Assembly (NCBI GenBank): GCA_965198005.1
Contig: CBDAOI010000002.1
Span: 704,001 to 768,000, forward strand
Source of the DNA: Spirochaetia bacterium
GTDB lineage: Bacteria; Spirochaetota; Spirochaetia; SZUA-6; Bin103
Direction of reading: 5' to 3'
Length of the DNA: 64,000 nt
Positions 10,901 through 25,254 of this stretch are shown here, piece by piece. The translations under genes and the position numbers were made by a program. The notes beneath the pieces were generated by a model, which did not search any database, was not told the DNA's origin, and worked only from the letters and a program-made list of their open reading frames with translations. Position 1 is the first letter of the stretch, and each line of letters begins with the position of its first letter.

Positions 10901-11108
10901 CCAACTGAACGGCACCGACCCGCGCTACCTTATCCTGGAGACGAAAGGATACGATCCCTTGCGCGACGTGAAGGAACAAGCGGCCCAGCGCTGGATTCGA
11001 GCAGTGAATGACACAGGCAGCTTCGGCCACTGGGCATACACGATGGTCACCGATGTATACAGGGTTAGCGAAACGGTGTCACGAGCGGCCGCAATGGGAG
11101 CCACATAG
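7980..11108 (+). CDS. Type III-like restriction endonuclease (Res; SF2 helicase + PD-(D/E)xK nuclease)
   Basis: KMATGTGKT, NDEAHH, LSATP, MLTEGWD, EQVVGRGLR, C-terminal YIPDF...LILETKG; intact 1042 aa. Confidence 0.9.
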   Translation: MNVHEVPEPILNSPFVEPREYWRITEHEPPQRVPGRRPAMYFYRPPGHESSSEQQGIGTAIGLKLVNRIRTQLAEWRPLALRGEGGVTRTTMELLRYWRREGRKHRLFFAQLEAAETVIFLTEARPDLLQGIEVPLDEPGSEAQAKGLRAFRRYACKMATGTGKTTVMGMLAAWSILNKVVARGDRRYSDTVLVVCPNVTIRNRLEELKPQGGEASLYRTRDLVPPHLMSSLAQGSVLVMNWHVFEPKSAHADGQSARVIRAGQEIRTRETIRIGARSATMRGSRYLTLDDLKRQVELGMITVLGEQHERQGALKSVTVESVRYVESDSKLVERVLAREVGGKGNILLMNDEAHHAYRIRHAEPDEGEEDLFGDSEQSEEFFRESTVWVDGLDRIHKLRGINLCIDLSATPYYLGRVGQDANRPFPWVVSDFGLVDAIESGLVKIPQLAVRDTSGAAIPGYFNIWRWILPRLTPAERGGRRGSAKPEAILKHAHVPIAMLGGLWELLRREWGRRHESDRPPVFIIVCKNTALAKVIHRWLGHDEAPVGIPPARLDGLRNTDGDNYTIRVDSKVVQESDGGEARSDADRWMRLTLDTIGKTAWPQDAQARPLYPEGFEALADKLGKPLHPPGRDVRCIVSVGMLTEGWDCNTVTHIIGLRPFMSQLLCEQVVGRGLRRLSYAVEQDGRLGEEVAKIFGVPFEVIPLKTNPPGVPKPPPQTWRIRALPERADLEIRFPRVEGYTARIRNRIRVDWDSIAPLTLDPLHIPPEVEMKAGLPSNTGRPSLIGPGRLEQVDLNPYRRGRRRQRLVFEMARDLTRSYRESPDCAAPAHVLFPQLVTAVQRYLDQKVRPIAPAKEVDAFLSPWYGWLLERLLEAIHPEADGNDKSESPRYETNRGPGSTEEVDFETRREPYPVTKSHVNAVVPDTAKWEQSAAYQIDRNNHVRSFVKNAGLGFAIPYLHNGEHHEYIPDFIIQLNGTDPRYLILETKGYDPLRDVKEQAAQRWIRAVNDTGSFGHWAYTMVTDVYRVSETVSRAAAMGAT

Positions 11109-11294
11109 TGAAGATCACCATCGTCGCCCCACGGCGCCAGTGATTGGTGCAAGTCCCAGGGTAAGAATGTATCCGGATCACTTGCCGTAATCTATAGCAA
11201 GGATTCCGCTGGTCACGGACAACCGTGCTGTATTAAACTGTCCAACGAGGATCCCCTACATATCTTCGATAGCAGCAATCTGGAGATCATTCAG

Positions 11295-11700
11295 ATGTTT
11301 CCCGACGACGAGACCGCTGAGCGCTGGTTCGTCGAAGGCCGCTGGCCCGCCGGCGTCCGCTGCGCTCACTGCAAGCGGGACAACGTGGCTCGGAACGGCA
11401 ACCAACCTCAAGGGCACGTCCAGCATGCACCTCCACCGAGACCTTGGGGTGACTCAGAAATCAGCCTGGCACCTGGCCCACCGTATCCGCACCACCTGGG
11501 CGCGCGGCTCCGGGTTGTTCGACGGCCCGGTCGAGCTGGACGAGGCTTATGTCGGGGGCAAGGAAAAGAACAAGCACGCCGATAAGAAGTTCCGGGCTGG
11601 GCGCGGCACTGTCGCATGCCTAACCGCACGATGGTGCGACACTCGGTCGGAGAGTACGTCAACGAGCCCAGACCCACGGAATGCTGCGCGTCGAATATAA
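11295..11700 (+). mobile_element. IS1595-family transposase remnant
   Basis: Zn-ribbon RWPAGVRCAHC, LHRDLGVTQKSAW, GPVELDEAYVGGKEKNKH, split over frames with deletions. Confidence 0.85.
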
Positions 11701-11808
11701 CACGGCGCGACCACGGCCGATAACCTGTATGTGCGGCATGGCGGCGCGGCGGCTAATGCGTTACTCTTGGACCAATTAGGGGTGCGCGGGCGCGCGCCCC
11801 AAAAGCGG

Positions 11809-11841
11809 TTGACAATCATGCGCGGCGCCGCGCATGATTGT
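11809..11841 (+). promoter_or_regulatory. Sigma70-like promoter overlapped by a perfect 30-bp palindrome
   Basis: TTGACA (11809)-N18-CATGAT (11833); ACAATCATGCGCGGC|GCCGCGCATGATTGT at 11812-11841. Confidence 0.6.
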
Positions 11842-11875
11842 GCCAGCGGGGCGGATTCCCCGGTAGGAGGGGGCT

Positions 11876-12124
11876 ATGATTGACTCTGAACGGGACAAGC
11901 TGCTACAGCGGCTGGACGAGCGGACCGAGCGGCTGGACAAGCGGCTGGGCAACGTCGAAGCGGGGCAAGCGGAGCTGCTGCGCGACCTTAAGTACCTTAA
12001 GGGGGCGGTCGATCAGATCGACAACAACCTGCTCCACTTGCGGCGCAGGCTGGGGGACGATGGCTTACTGTCACCCGAGCGAGCCGACGACGACACCGAG
12101 CCGATGGCGGCGGCGGCCCGATGA
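11876..12124 (+). CDS. Small coiled-coil hypothetical protein
   Basis: Strong SD AGGAGG and an upstream promoter; heptad pattern LQRLDERTERLDKRLGNVEAGQAEL. Confidence 0.7.
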   Translation: MIDSERDKLLQRLDERTERLDKRLGNVEAGQAELLRDLKYLKGAVDQIDNNLLHLRRRLGDDGLLSPERADDDTEPMAAAAR

Positions 12125-12343
12125 GCGACGTCGACGGCGATGTCCAGTAGTGGCGGCAGCCATCTTCGCGGTTTTCCGGGCACTACCTCGGCGCCGGTGG
12201 CGCGCATCGTTTGCCGCAATGCCGACGTTCCGGCACTGCGCGTGAAGTGACCGATTCCATGCCCCACAACGGGCACCAACGCGCGTGCGGCGCGGAGTCC
12301 GATACGTCGACCGAGCCGTTACTATTGAAACTGTTAGGGCGGG

Positions 12344-12610
12344 CTAACGCTCGTCACTTGGCTCGTAGATCTTGAGCTTGAACTGCCAGCCTTCGAGGCT
12401 GGTGAGCAGGCGACCGAACTCTTCCCAGGTCACGGCCTTGCCGTCTATCGCGAGCAGCGGCACTTCACCGTCCATGTTCTCGTCCCACTCGATCCTGCCG
12501 TGCACCATCAGTTCGTCGCAGATGTGACGCCAACCCTGCTTGTCGACGACGATATGCTCTCGGGCGAGCGCTCGCCTGATCTTCCCTCCTCGCTTCGATA
12601 CTTGCAGTTG
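12344..12610 (-). pseudogene. C-terminal remnant of a conserved uncharacterised protein
   Basis: GRIEWD...PLLAIDGKAVTWEEFGRLLTSLEGWQFKL is protein-like and has no start of its own; abuts the gltD stop. Confidence 0.5.
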
Positions 12611-12615
12611 CGGGG

Positions 12616-14076
<1,461 letters not shown>

Positions 14077-14093
14077 GTTCGCTCGCGGCGCGG

Positions 14094-18788
<4,695 letters not shown>

Positions 18789-18953
18789 GTAATACTCGGC
18801 GCCTACTCGGCGCTGCCCACCTCGCCCGGCACCGCGGCGAGCATGGCCAGCTACGTTGCCGGATCGTGGTTCAGGTCATGGACGATACAGATCCTGGAAG
18901 ATACATATCGCAGATCGCCTACGATAAGCGAAACCGGGGGCGTGCGTCAATCC

Positions 18954-19755
18954 TCATTCGTAGCGAATCCGCGGGTCCAGCGACGCGTACAGCAGATCGG
19001 TCAGCAGGTTGACGAACACCACCACCGTGGCGAAGAACAGGTTCACCGCCGACACCACCGGGTAGTCGCGGTCGTTGAGCGCATCCAGCATCAGCCGCCC
19101 CAGCCCCGGCAGGTTGAAGATGTTCTCGATGATCACCGCGCCGCCCACCAGGATCGGGAGCTGCATGCCCACCAGCGTCACCACCGGGATGATGGCGTTC
19201 TTGACCGCGTGGCGCAGGATCACCGACCGCTCCAGCAGCCCCTTGGCCCAGGCGGTCCTGATGTAGTCCTGGCGCAGCACCTCCAGCATCATGGTGCGCG
19301 TCATGCGCATGGTGCTGGCCGCCAGGTAGGTGCCGAGGATCATCACCATCGTTCCCAGCCAGAAGTTGGGCGTCGCCAGCCCCATGATGGCCACCGACCG
19401 TCCCACGTAGTCGGCGGCGGTGTACTGGCGCACCGCCGAGTAGATGCCCACCGGCAGCGCGATGACCAGGCCGATGAGGATGGCCAGCAGCCCGAGCTCG
19501 GCGGTGACCGGCAGTCGTCCCAGCATGCGCTGCTTGATCCGCCAACCGCCCAGCAGCGACTCGCCCAGGGTGCCGCGCAGGAGGATGCCGCCGATCCACC
19601 GGCCGTACTGCACGTGGACGGGCACGTCCAAGCCCAGCATATGCTCCAGCGCCTCACGGTCCATCTTGCCGGCCATCCCGTCAACCCTCAGCGCCATAAC
19701 GCCTATTACATCGCCGGGGAGGAAGCGGACGGAGAGAAAGACTATGATCGACTCT
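18954..19755 (-). pseudogene. OppB/DppB-like permease with N-terminal loss and internal deletion
   Basis: Compared with paralogs it lacks MRAYIIRRLL..., and FWLGTMVMI joins directly to LGTYLAAS (about 35 aa missing); EAA motif QDYIRTAWAKGL present. Confidence 0.8.
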
Positions 19756-19777
19756 CGCACGTCGGCTCGCGCGGTGT

Positions 19778-19823
19778 AGGGAGCTGGGAGGAGCGCTTGC
19801 GGGCGACAGCCTCCCAGCTCCCT
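19778..19823. repeat. Stem-loop immediately 3' of SBP gene
   Basis: AGGGAGCTGGGAGG / CCTCCCAGCTCCCT, perfect 14-bp inverted repeat. Confidence 0.75.
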
Positions 19824-19855
19824 TTTCCCTGAGCTAAGCCACAAGGGTTGAAACC

Positions 19856-21706
19856 CTAATAACCCATTGCTTCCTTCAGCCCTTGGTCAATCCAGAGGCG
19901 GGCGAGGACGTCACGCTCGCCAAATTCGTGCAGCCTCATTTCACCGCTAAAACCTTTGACCCACGGCTGGTTCGGCATAAAGAGTGGAGACATAGGACCC
20001 CATATCTGATTGTGCTGCCTTATAATGAGCAGATCCCACTCTTTGAATGCCCTCAGCTGCTCCTCATGGGTGGTAGCGGCGTAAAAGGCATCGTAGGCGG
20101 CGGTCAGCTCGGGGGTCTCGACTCCGCCCACGTTGTCGCGCCATAACTGCAGCGTCTGGCGATAATTGGCTACCCAAACGTCAGGGTCATTATACATGCC
20201 CCCGTCGCCATCGCTCATGTCCCAACGAAGTAGGTCTTCTTGGGGGACATCCTCGGTACGCTCGCCCACACCCCTGCGCTCGAACGCCCAACCTTGCGTG
20301 TCATATATCTCAATCTTTACCTCAACGCCAAGCGCCTCCCAGTAGCCGACTGCTATTTCTCGATAGCCCAAATCATAGACGTCGCGGTGGTCGAGCTCGA
20401 CCTTGAATCGAACGCCGTCCGCGCCGCGCTGATATCCAGCCTCATCGAGCAGCTTCTCGGCACCTTCCGGGTCATAAGTAAAGTATTGCTTGAGATCTTC
20501 GGGATAGTCTTCAAACGTGGTGCCATACGGCTTGCTGGCAATCCCCCCCATAGGTTCCCACCTTGCAAGCCCGCCATAGTAGGTATCGTTAATCGTCTCG
20601 AGGTCCAGTGCCATCTGCATGGCGTGGCGCACCCTGATGTCGTCAAAGGGTGGCTTGCGAATGTTCACACTAAAGGTGGCGTCGGACCGCAGGAAATTGC
20701 TGCTCACCTGGATATCGGGGTTGGTACGCTGGAGGCTCCTTACCACGTCGAGGTTCCTTATGTGAGTGCCCTGGCTATTGATTATGTCAACCTTGCCCGT
20801 GCGTAGTGCCGAGATACGTGTTGCTTCTTCTTCTATATGCAGGGCCCTCATCTCGTCAATATAGGGGAGGCGGTTCTCCGGGTATTTTTCGTCGTAGCGC
20901 CAGTAGTCAGGATTCTTTTCCCAGCTGATAGAGACGCCCTCAACATAGTCAGTCAGTATAAGGGGCCCGGTGCCGACCACGTTCTTCCAATCCTCATAGT
21001 TGCCGTATTTCTCGATTACCTCGGGGGGTAATATCCACTGCATAGCGTCGATGAGGATAGTCCTTAGCGCAATGAGGGATGGCTCCGTCATCTTCATGAC
21101 AACCGTATATTTGTCGGTGGCCTCGATCGATTCCCACGGCAGGTCGAACGCCTTGGAAGCGATCTGGGGACGTTCGGTAAAGTCGCCCTGAGCGTTATTG
21201 CGTTGCCAGTTATATGCGACATCATCGGCTGTGAGTTCCCGCCCGTTTACTAAGCGACTGGCCTCGCTGTCCGGATCAAGGGCGTAGTGTACTCCCGAGC
21301 GGATGTGGAAGATGTACGTCAGTGGGTCAGGCGTTTCCCAGCTTTCCGCCAGGCTCCCAGTTATGGCAAAATCAGGGGCGTAAGAGTCTCTAAAGTCATA
21401 TACCTCCCTATCTGTTCCCCAGTCCCCCCAGGCGAGACGCTCATTAACCGAGGCGATGTGGTAGCCCGCATTGACCCAGCTTTTCAGCGGGTCAGTAGTC
21501 TCCGCATCAAATACATAGGGATAGGTTATTGTGCCGCCATACACTGGCGCGGTTACCGCCTTTCCGGTGGTGGGGTCCATCACCATTTCCTTCTCCATCG
21601 CCGCGGCCGGCTCCTCTTCCCCGGCCGGGCTCGCCCAGAGGCCGGTTGCGGTCAGGACGAGACCGAACAGTACCGCCAGGCACGTTCGAAACATTACGTA
21701 ATGCAT
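19856..21706 (-). CDS. ABC transporter substrate-binding protein, family 5 (copy A)
   Basis: Signal peptide, PVYGGT, LAESWE, GTGP, PFDDIRVR; SD AGGAG before MHYVMF. Confidence 0.93.
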   Translation of the reverse strand: MHYVMFRTCLAVLFGLVLTATGLWASPAGEEEPAAAMEKEMVMDPTTGKAVTAPVYGGTITYPYVFDAETTDPLKSWVNAGYHIASVNERLAWGDWGTDREVYDFRDSYAPDFAITGSLAESWETPDPLTYIFHIRSGVHYALDPDSEASRLVNGRELTADDVAYNWQRNNAQGDFTERPQIASKAFDLPWESIEATDKYTVVMKMTEPSLIALRTILIDAMQWILPPEVIEKYGNYEDWKNVVGTGPLILTDYVEGVSISWEKNPDYWRYDEKYPENRLPYIDEMRALHIEEEATRISALRTGKVDIINSQGTHIRNLDVVRSLQRTNPDIQVSSNFLRSDATFSVNIRKPPFDDIRVRHAMQMALDLETINDTYYGGLARWEPMGGIASKPYGTTFEDYPEDLKQYFTYDPEGAEKLLDEAGYQRGADGVRFKVELDHRDVYDLGYREIAVGYWEALGVEVKIEIYDTQGWAFERRGVGERTEDVPQEDLLRWDMSDGDGGMYNDPDVWVANYRQTLQLWRDNVGGVETPELTAAYDAFYAATTHEEQLRAFKEWDLLIIRQHNQIWGPMSPLFMPNQPWVKGFSGEMRLHEFGERDVLARLWIDQGLKEAMGY

Positions 21707-21935
21707 TCGATAACTCCTATCGTTTGAGAGTACGAAGTTCACTGCCGGTCCCTCGCCTACTCTCGACGTATGCCTGCAATCGCAGGCGGTCAGAAAGCGA
21801 GGGCGACACCCTGGCGCGTCCCGGCGCGGCGGCTCGCCGCTTGGGCTCGATGCGCCATACCTGGCTGTCGTAGTCGTGTCTTGGTCGTGTCTTAGTCGTA
21901 TCCGGTCTTGGGCTGCATCCCTTCCTCCTTTTTGT
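21707..21935 (-). ncRNA. SBP leader, family 1, copy A (candidate cis-regulatory RNA)
   Basis: Homologous to 54667-54895, 57921-58122 and 62984-63185; conserved hairpins and uORF. Confidence 0.75.
21892..21918 (-). CDS. Leader peptide MQPKTGYD (copy A)
   Basis: AGGAGG SD 5 nt upstream of ATG; identical peptide in four copies, with a CAG/CAA synonymous difference. Confidence 0.7.
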   Translation of the reverse strand: MQPKTGYD

Positions 21936-22400
21936 CGATTTGGACGCACCGACCGCGCGACCGCGCGGCGGGCGCCGCGACCTGGGTCATTTGGCGCCAC
22001 GTGCAGCGCCGCTACCCGGGTACCCGGGTGGGCGGCGCAGCGGTGCCGAAGGCGCAGGTAGGGCCCAGTGAATGCCGCTGCGGGATCAGTCCGAGCGGTT
22101 AGTGATTCTTGATCGTCAGGTGTATGACAGAGTCCCGCGCCCGCCCGTGGGGGGGGGGACCATAAGCGCTAACTTGTTGTGGGCGCTACAGGGACCGTCC
22201 ATGGCTCTACGGTGCGACTGGCAGTAGCACGGACTGTAGCCGGACCCGTGACTCGGGTCAACCAGCCAGATCGAAGTAAGCTGACAACTGAGACAGCCGG
22301 CGCCGTGGCGGCTCCCCGCATCAGGTGATTGACGGCACGTGGCAACGAGCGTTATATTAGCATGCAATAAGCATCGAAAACCAATCCTGAGAGGCGTGCA

Positions 22401-22523
22401 GTGGACATCACAAAGGATATTCGACCGCTCACCGAGTTCAAGCGGGATACGGCGCGCTTCGACGGACGCGGTGTTCCTGCGTCGGCCTTTTTCGAGGAGT
22501 TTGCCACCCACACCGCCGAGTAG
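22401..22523 (+). pseudogene. Phd/YefM antitoxin with in-frame internal deletion
   Basis: MDITKDIRPLTEFKRDTARF joined to DGRGVPASAFFEEF...; only 40 aa; stop overlaps the toxin start. Confidence 0.7.
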
Positions 22524-22834
22524 TGGTGAAGCGCTTCAGCGTCATCATCACCCCGTTCGCTGCCGCCAACATTCGTGAGGCGCACGAGTGGTTGTCGGCG
22601 AGGAACCCTGCCTACGCGAAGCGGTGGCTCACGGCGATTCGAGACCGGATCCAGGGCCTCGACACGCTGCCGGAAGCCCACCCCGTGGCTCCGGAAAGCG
22701 CTGCCTTCGACGATGAGATTCGCCAAGTGCTGGTAGGGCGGGGTACGCCCTGGAAGGTGTTCTTCACGGTCCGGGGACTAACGGTCCACGTGCTTCACGT
22801 CCGGCACGGTGCTCGCGACGCTTGGCGTCCCTGA
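22523..22834 (+). CDS. RelE/ParE-family toxin
   Basis: VIITPFAAANIREAHEWL...LDTLPEAHP...VHVLHVRHGAR pattern; 103 aa. Confidence 0.85.
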   Translation: MVKRFSVIITPFAAANIREAHEWLSARNPAYAKRWLTAIRDRIQGLDTLPEAHPVAPESAAFDDEIRQVLVGRGTPWKVFFTVRGLTVHVLHVRHGARDAWRP

Positions 22835-22958
22835 GAGTCGGTCTCCGTGCGGTGGGTGCGGTGCTGTCGTCAGGCACGTCATGCATCGAGACCCGCCGAG
22901 ACGACGGTCCAGTTGGGACTGGTTGCCATGTCCCATGGCTGCTATCATGATAATCGCC

Positions 22959-24167
22959 ATGACGGAAGGCAACTTTCGCAGCCGCGACAACTGGGTCAGG
23001 CGCCGGCTCGACGTGGAGGGGCTGCTCGCGCGCCGGTCGGTGTTCCTGTTCGGACCGCGGCAGACCGGCAAGACGACCTACGTCCGCCGGCAACTCGGGG
23101 ACGCGGTAGCGCTGACGTTCACTTTGCTCGACCGCGGGCTGCTCACCGCGGTGCTGGCCGATCCGACGCGCGTCAGACGCGAGGTGGAGGCGCGCGGCCT
23201 GCGCGACACCGTGGTCTGCATCGACGAAATCCAGAAGTGCCCGGCGCTGATCGACGAGGTGCAACTGATGATCGAGACGCGCGGCATACGGTTCCTGCTT
23301 ACCGGATCGAGCGCGCGCGCCCTGCGGCGCAAGGGGGTCAATCTGCTCGGCGGACGTGGCAGCGACCGGGTGATACACCCATTCTCGTGGTGCGAGCTGC
23401 GGGCGGGAGGACGATTCTCGCTGGACCGCGCCATCAATCACGGTCTGCTGCCGCCGCACTACCTGTCCGACGACCCGGACGAGGAGTTGGCCTCCTACGT
23501 GGACCGCTACCTGACGGAGGAGGTCGCCGCCGAGGGGCTGACGCGCAACCTGCCCGGCTTCGCCCGCTTTCTGCAGACCGCAGCCGCCACCAATGCCCAG
23601 CTTCTCAACTACTCCAACATTGCCCGCGACGCGCAACTCCCGCGCCAGACCGTGGTCCAGTGGTACAAGGTTCTGGCCGACACGCTGATCGCGGTCGAGC
23701 TCCTGCCATTCACGCGCACCGTCAAGCGCAAGGCAATCGAGACCGCGAAACTCTACTTCTTCGACACCGGCGTCGTGCGCGCGTTGCGGCGGCTGCCGCC
23801 GGTCCACGAGGCGTCAGCAGACTTCGGCGAGTTCTTCGAGCACTACGTGCTGCACGAGCTGCGCACCTGGATCGACTACCGCCGCCCCCGCACGCCGCTC
23901 GCCTTCTGGCGTTCCCGCTCCGGTTACGAAGTCGACTTCATCCTGGACGGGCGGGTGGCAATCGAGGCCAAGGCTGCCCGCAGGATCCACGCCAAGCACC
24001 TGCGCGGGCTGCACGCACTGGCGGAGGAGGGGCTGATCGAGCGCTGCATCGTGGTCTGCCGCGAGGAGCGGCCGCGCATCGAGCCCGGTCCCGCGCGCCA
24101 AGTCGAGATCTGGCCGCTGGAGTTCTTTCTGGCCATGCTCTGGCAGGATGAGCTGGCAAGTGTGTAG
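22959..24167 (+). CDS. AAA_14 ATPase with DUF4143-type C-terminus
   Basis: GPRQTGKT, IDEIQK, LTGSS, KLYFFDTG, EVDFIL...IEAK. Confidence 0.88.
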   Translation: MTEGNFRSRDNWVRRRLDVEGLLARRSVFLFGPRQTGKTTYVRRQLGDAVALTFTLLDRGLLTAVLADPTRVRREVEARGLRDTVVCIDEIQKCPALIDEVQLMIETRGIRFLLTGSSARALRRKGVNLLGGRGSDRVIHPFSWCELRAGGRFSLDRAINHGLLPPHYLSDDPDEELASYVDRYLTEEVAAEGLTRNLPGFARFLQTAAATNAQLLNYSNIARDAQLPRQTVVQWYKVLADTLIAVELLPFTRTVKRKAIETAKLYFFDTGVVRALRRLPPVHEASADFGEFFEHYVLHELRTWIDYRRPRTPLAFWRSRSGYEVDFILDGRVAIEAKAARRIHAKHLRGLHALAEEGLIERCIVVCREERPRIEPGPARQVEIWPLEFFLAMLWQDELASV

Positions 24168-24501
24168 GCTTGCGCCACGGCTTGCGCCAATCTTGCGCCA
24201 CGGCTTGCTGTGGTGCCCTGGGGACCGCGCTCTGTGGATGCGCGCGGAGGTGATTCGCCCGATCGAGCGGGAATTCGCCATGGTCGACGATCTCGAGGCC
24301 GCTCTGCGTGCGGTGCCCGCCCGATCAGATTTCACGGTCGCAGTCGTTGAGCACCTGCATCGCCTCGTCTCCCATCGCCAGGGCGTAGATCCCGCGCCGG
24401 CTGCGGCATCCGGCCCCGCGGCGGCTGCTTGACTGCGCGGATATTGTGCGCCACGCTGCTCCTGCACGAAGGACTGGCGCTACCTGGAGGAAGGTGGAAC
24501 G

Positions 24502-25077
24502 ATGAATGCGACGCGGATCGCAGGGCTGGCCGCCACGCTGATCTGTCTGGTTGTCGTCGCGGCGAATGCTCAAGGAGGAGGCGCGCCGCGTTGGGTGCAC
24601 GACTGGGGCACCATCGCGGCCGTAGTTGCTGCCGGGGTTGCGGTCTTTGGATTGCAACTGAGTGCACGCAAGGAAGCGCGGGAGGCGCGTAGGGAGGACC
24701 GCGAGGAAGCGCGGGAGGCGCGTAGGGAGGACCGCGAGGAAGCGCGACGAGCGCATGACCGGATCGGCAGCAACCTCAATAGGCTGGACGCCAAGATCGA
24801 AAAGCAGGACGCCAAGATCGAAAAGCTGGACACCAAGGTTGACGACCTGCGCACCGACGTGACCGCCAGGATTGACGACCTGCGCACCGACGTGACCGCC
24901 AGGATTGATGGCTTGCGCACGGACATGACCGCCAAGGTTGATGGCTTGACCCGACAAGTGGCTGGCGTCGACAAGCGCTTGGCTGTCGTAGAGATCAGGT
25001 TGGAGCACGTAGAAGATACGTTGGGGAAGATGGACGGACAGACTGAACGGCAGGAAGACCCGGCAGTTGCAGGATGA
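24502..25077 (+). CDS. Membrane-anchored coiled-coil protein with 11-aa tandem repeats
   Basis: SD upstream; two hydrophobic segments; 33-bp repeats EAREARREDRE x2 and DDLRTDVTARI x3. Confidence 0.75.
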   Translation: MNATRIAGLAATLICLVVVAANAQGGGAPRWVHDWGTIAAVVAAGVAVFGLQLSARKEAREARREDREEAREARREDREEARRAHDRIGSNLNRLDAKIEKQDAKIEKLDTKVDDLRTDVTARIDDLRTDVTARIDGLRTDMTAKVDGLTRQVAGVDKRLAVVEIRLEHVEDTLGKMDGQTERQEDPAVAG

Positions 25078-25254
25078 AGCGCCACGACGACAGTCAGCGC
25101 AGTGGCCGGTTGGCGGTGACGCAGCGCGATGAGCGCGTTGGGTCGCGCTTGACACGGATTTGGGCGGCCGCGTACACTCGTCCGCGAATGGGCACTGACA
25201 GCATCCAGCCCGACTACCGACTACCGACTACCGCTAGCCGCGCAGCAGCCGACC

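Noticed and set aside
21707-22000. N-terminal extensions of SBP ORFs to 22000 and 63019
   Set aside because: They run through the leader RNA and are not open in all copies; SD and signal peptide place the starts at MHYV.
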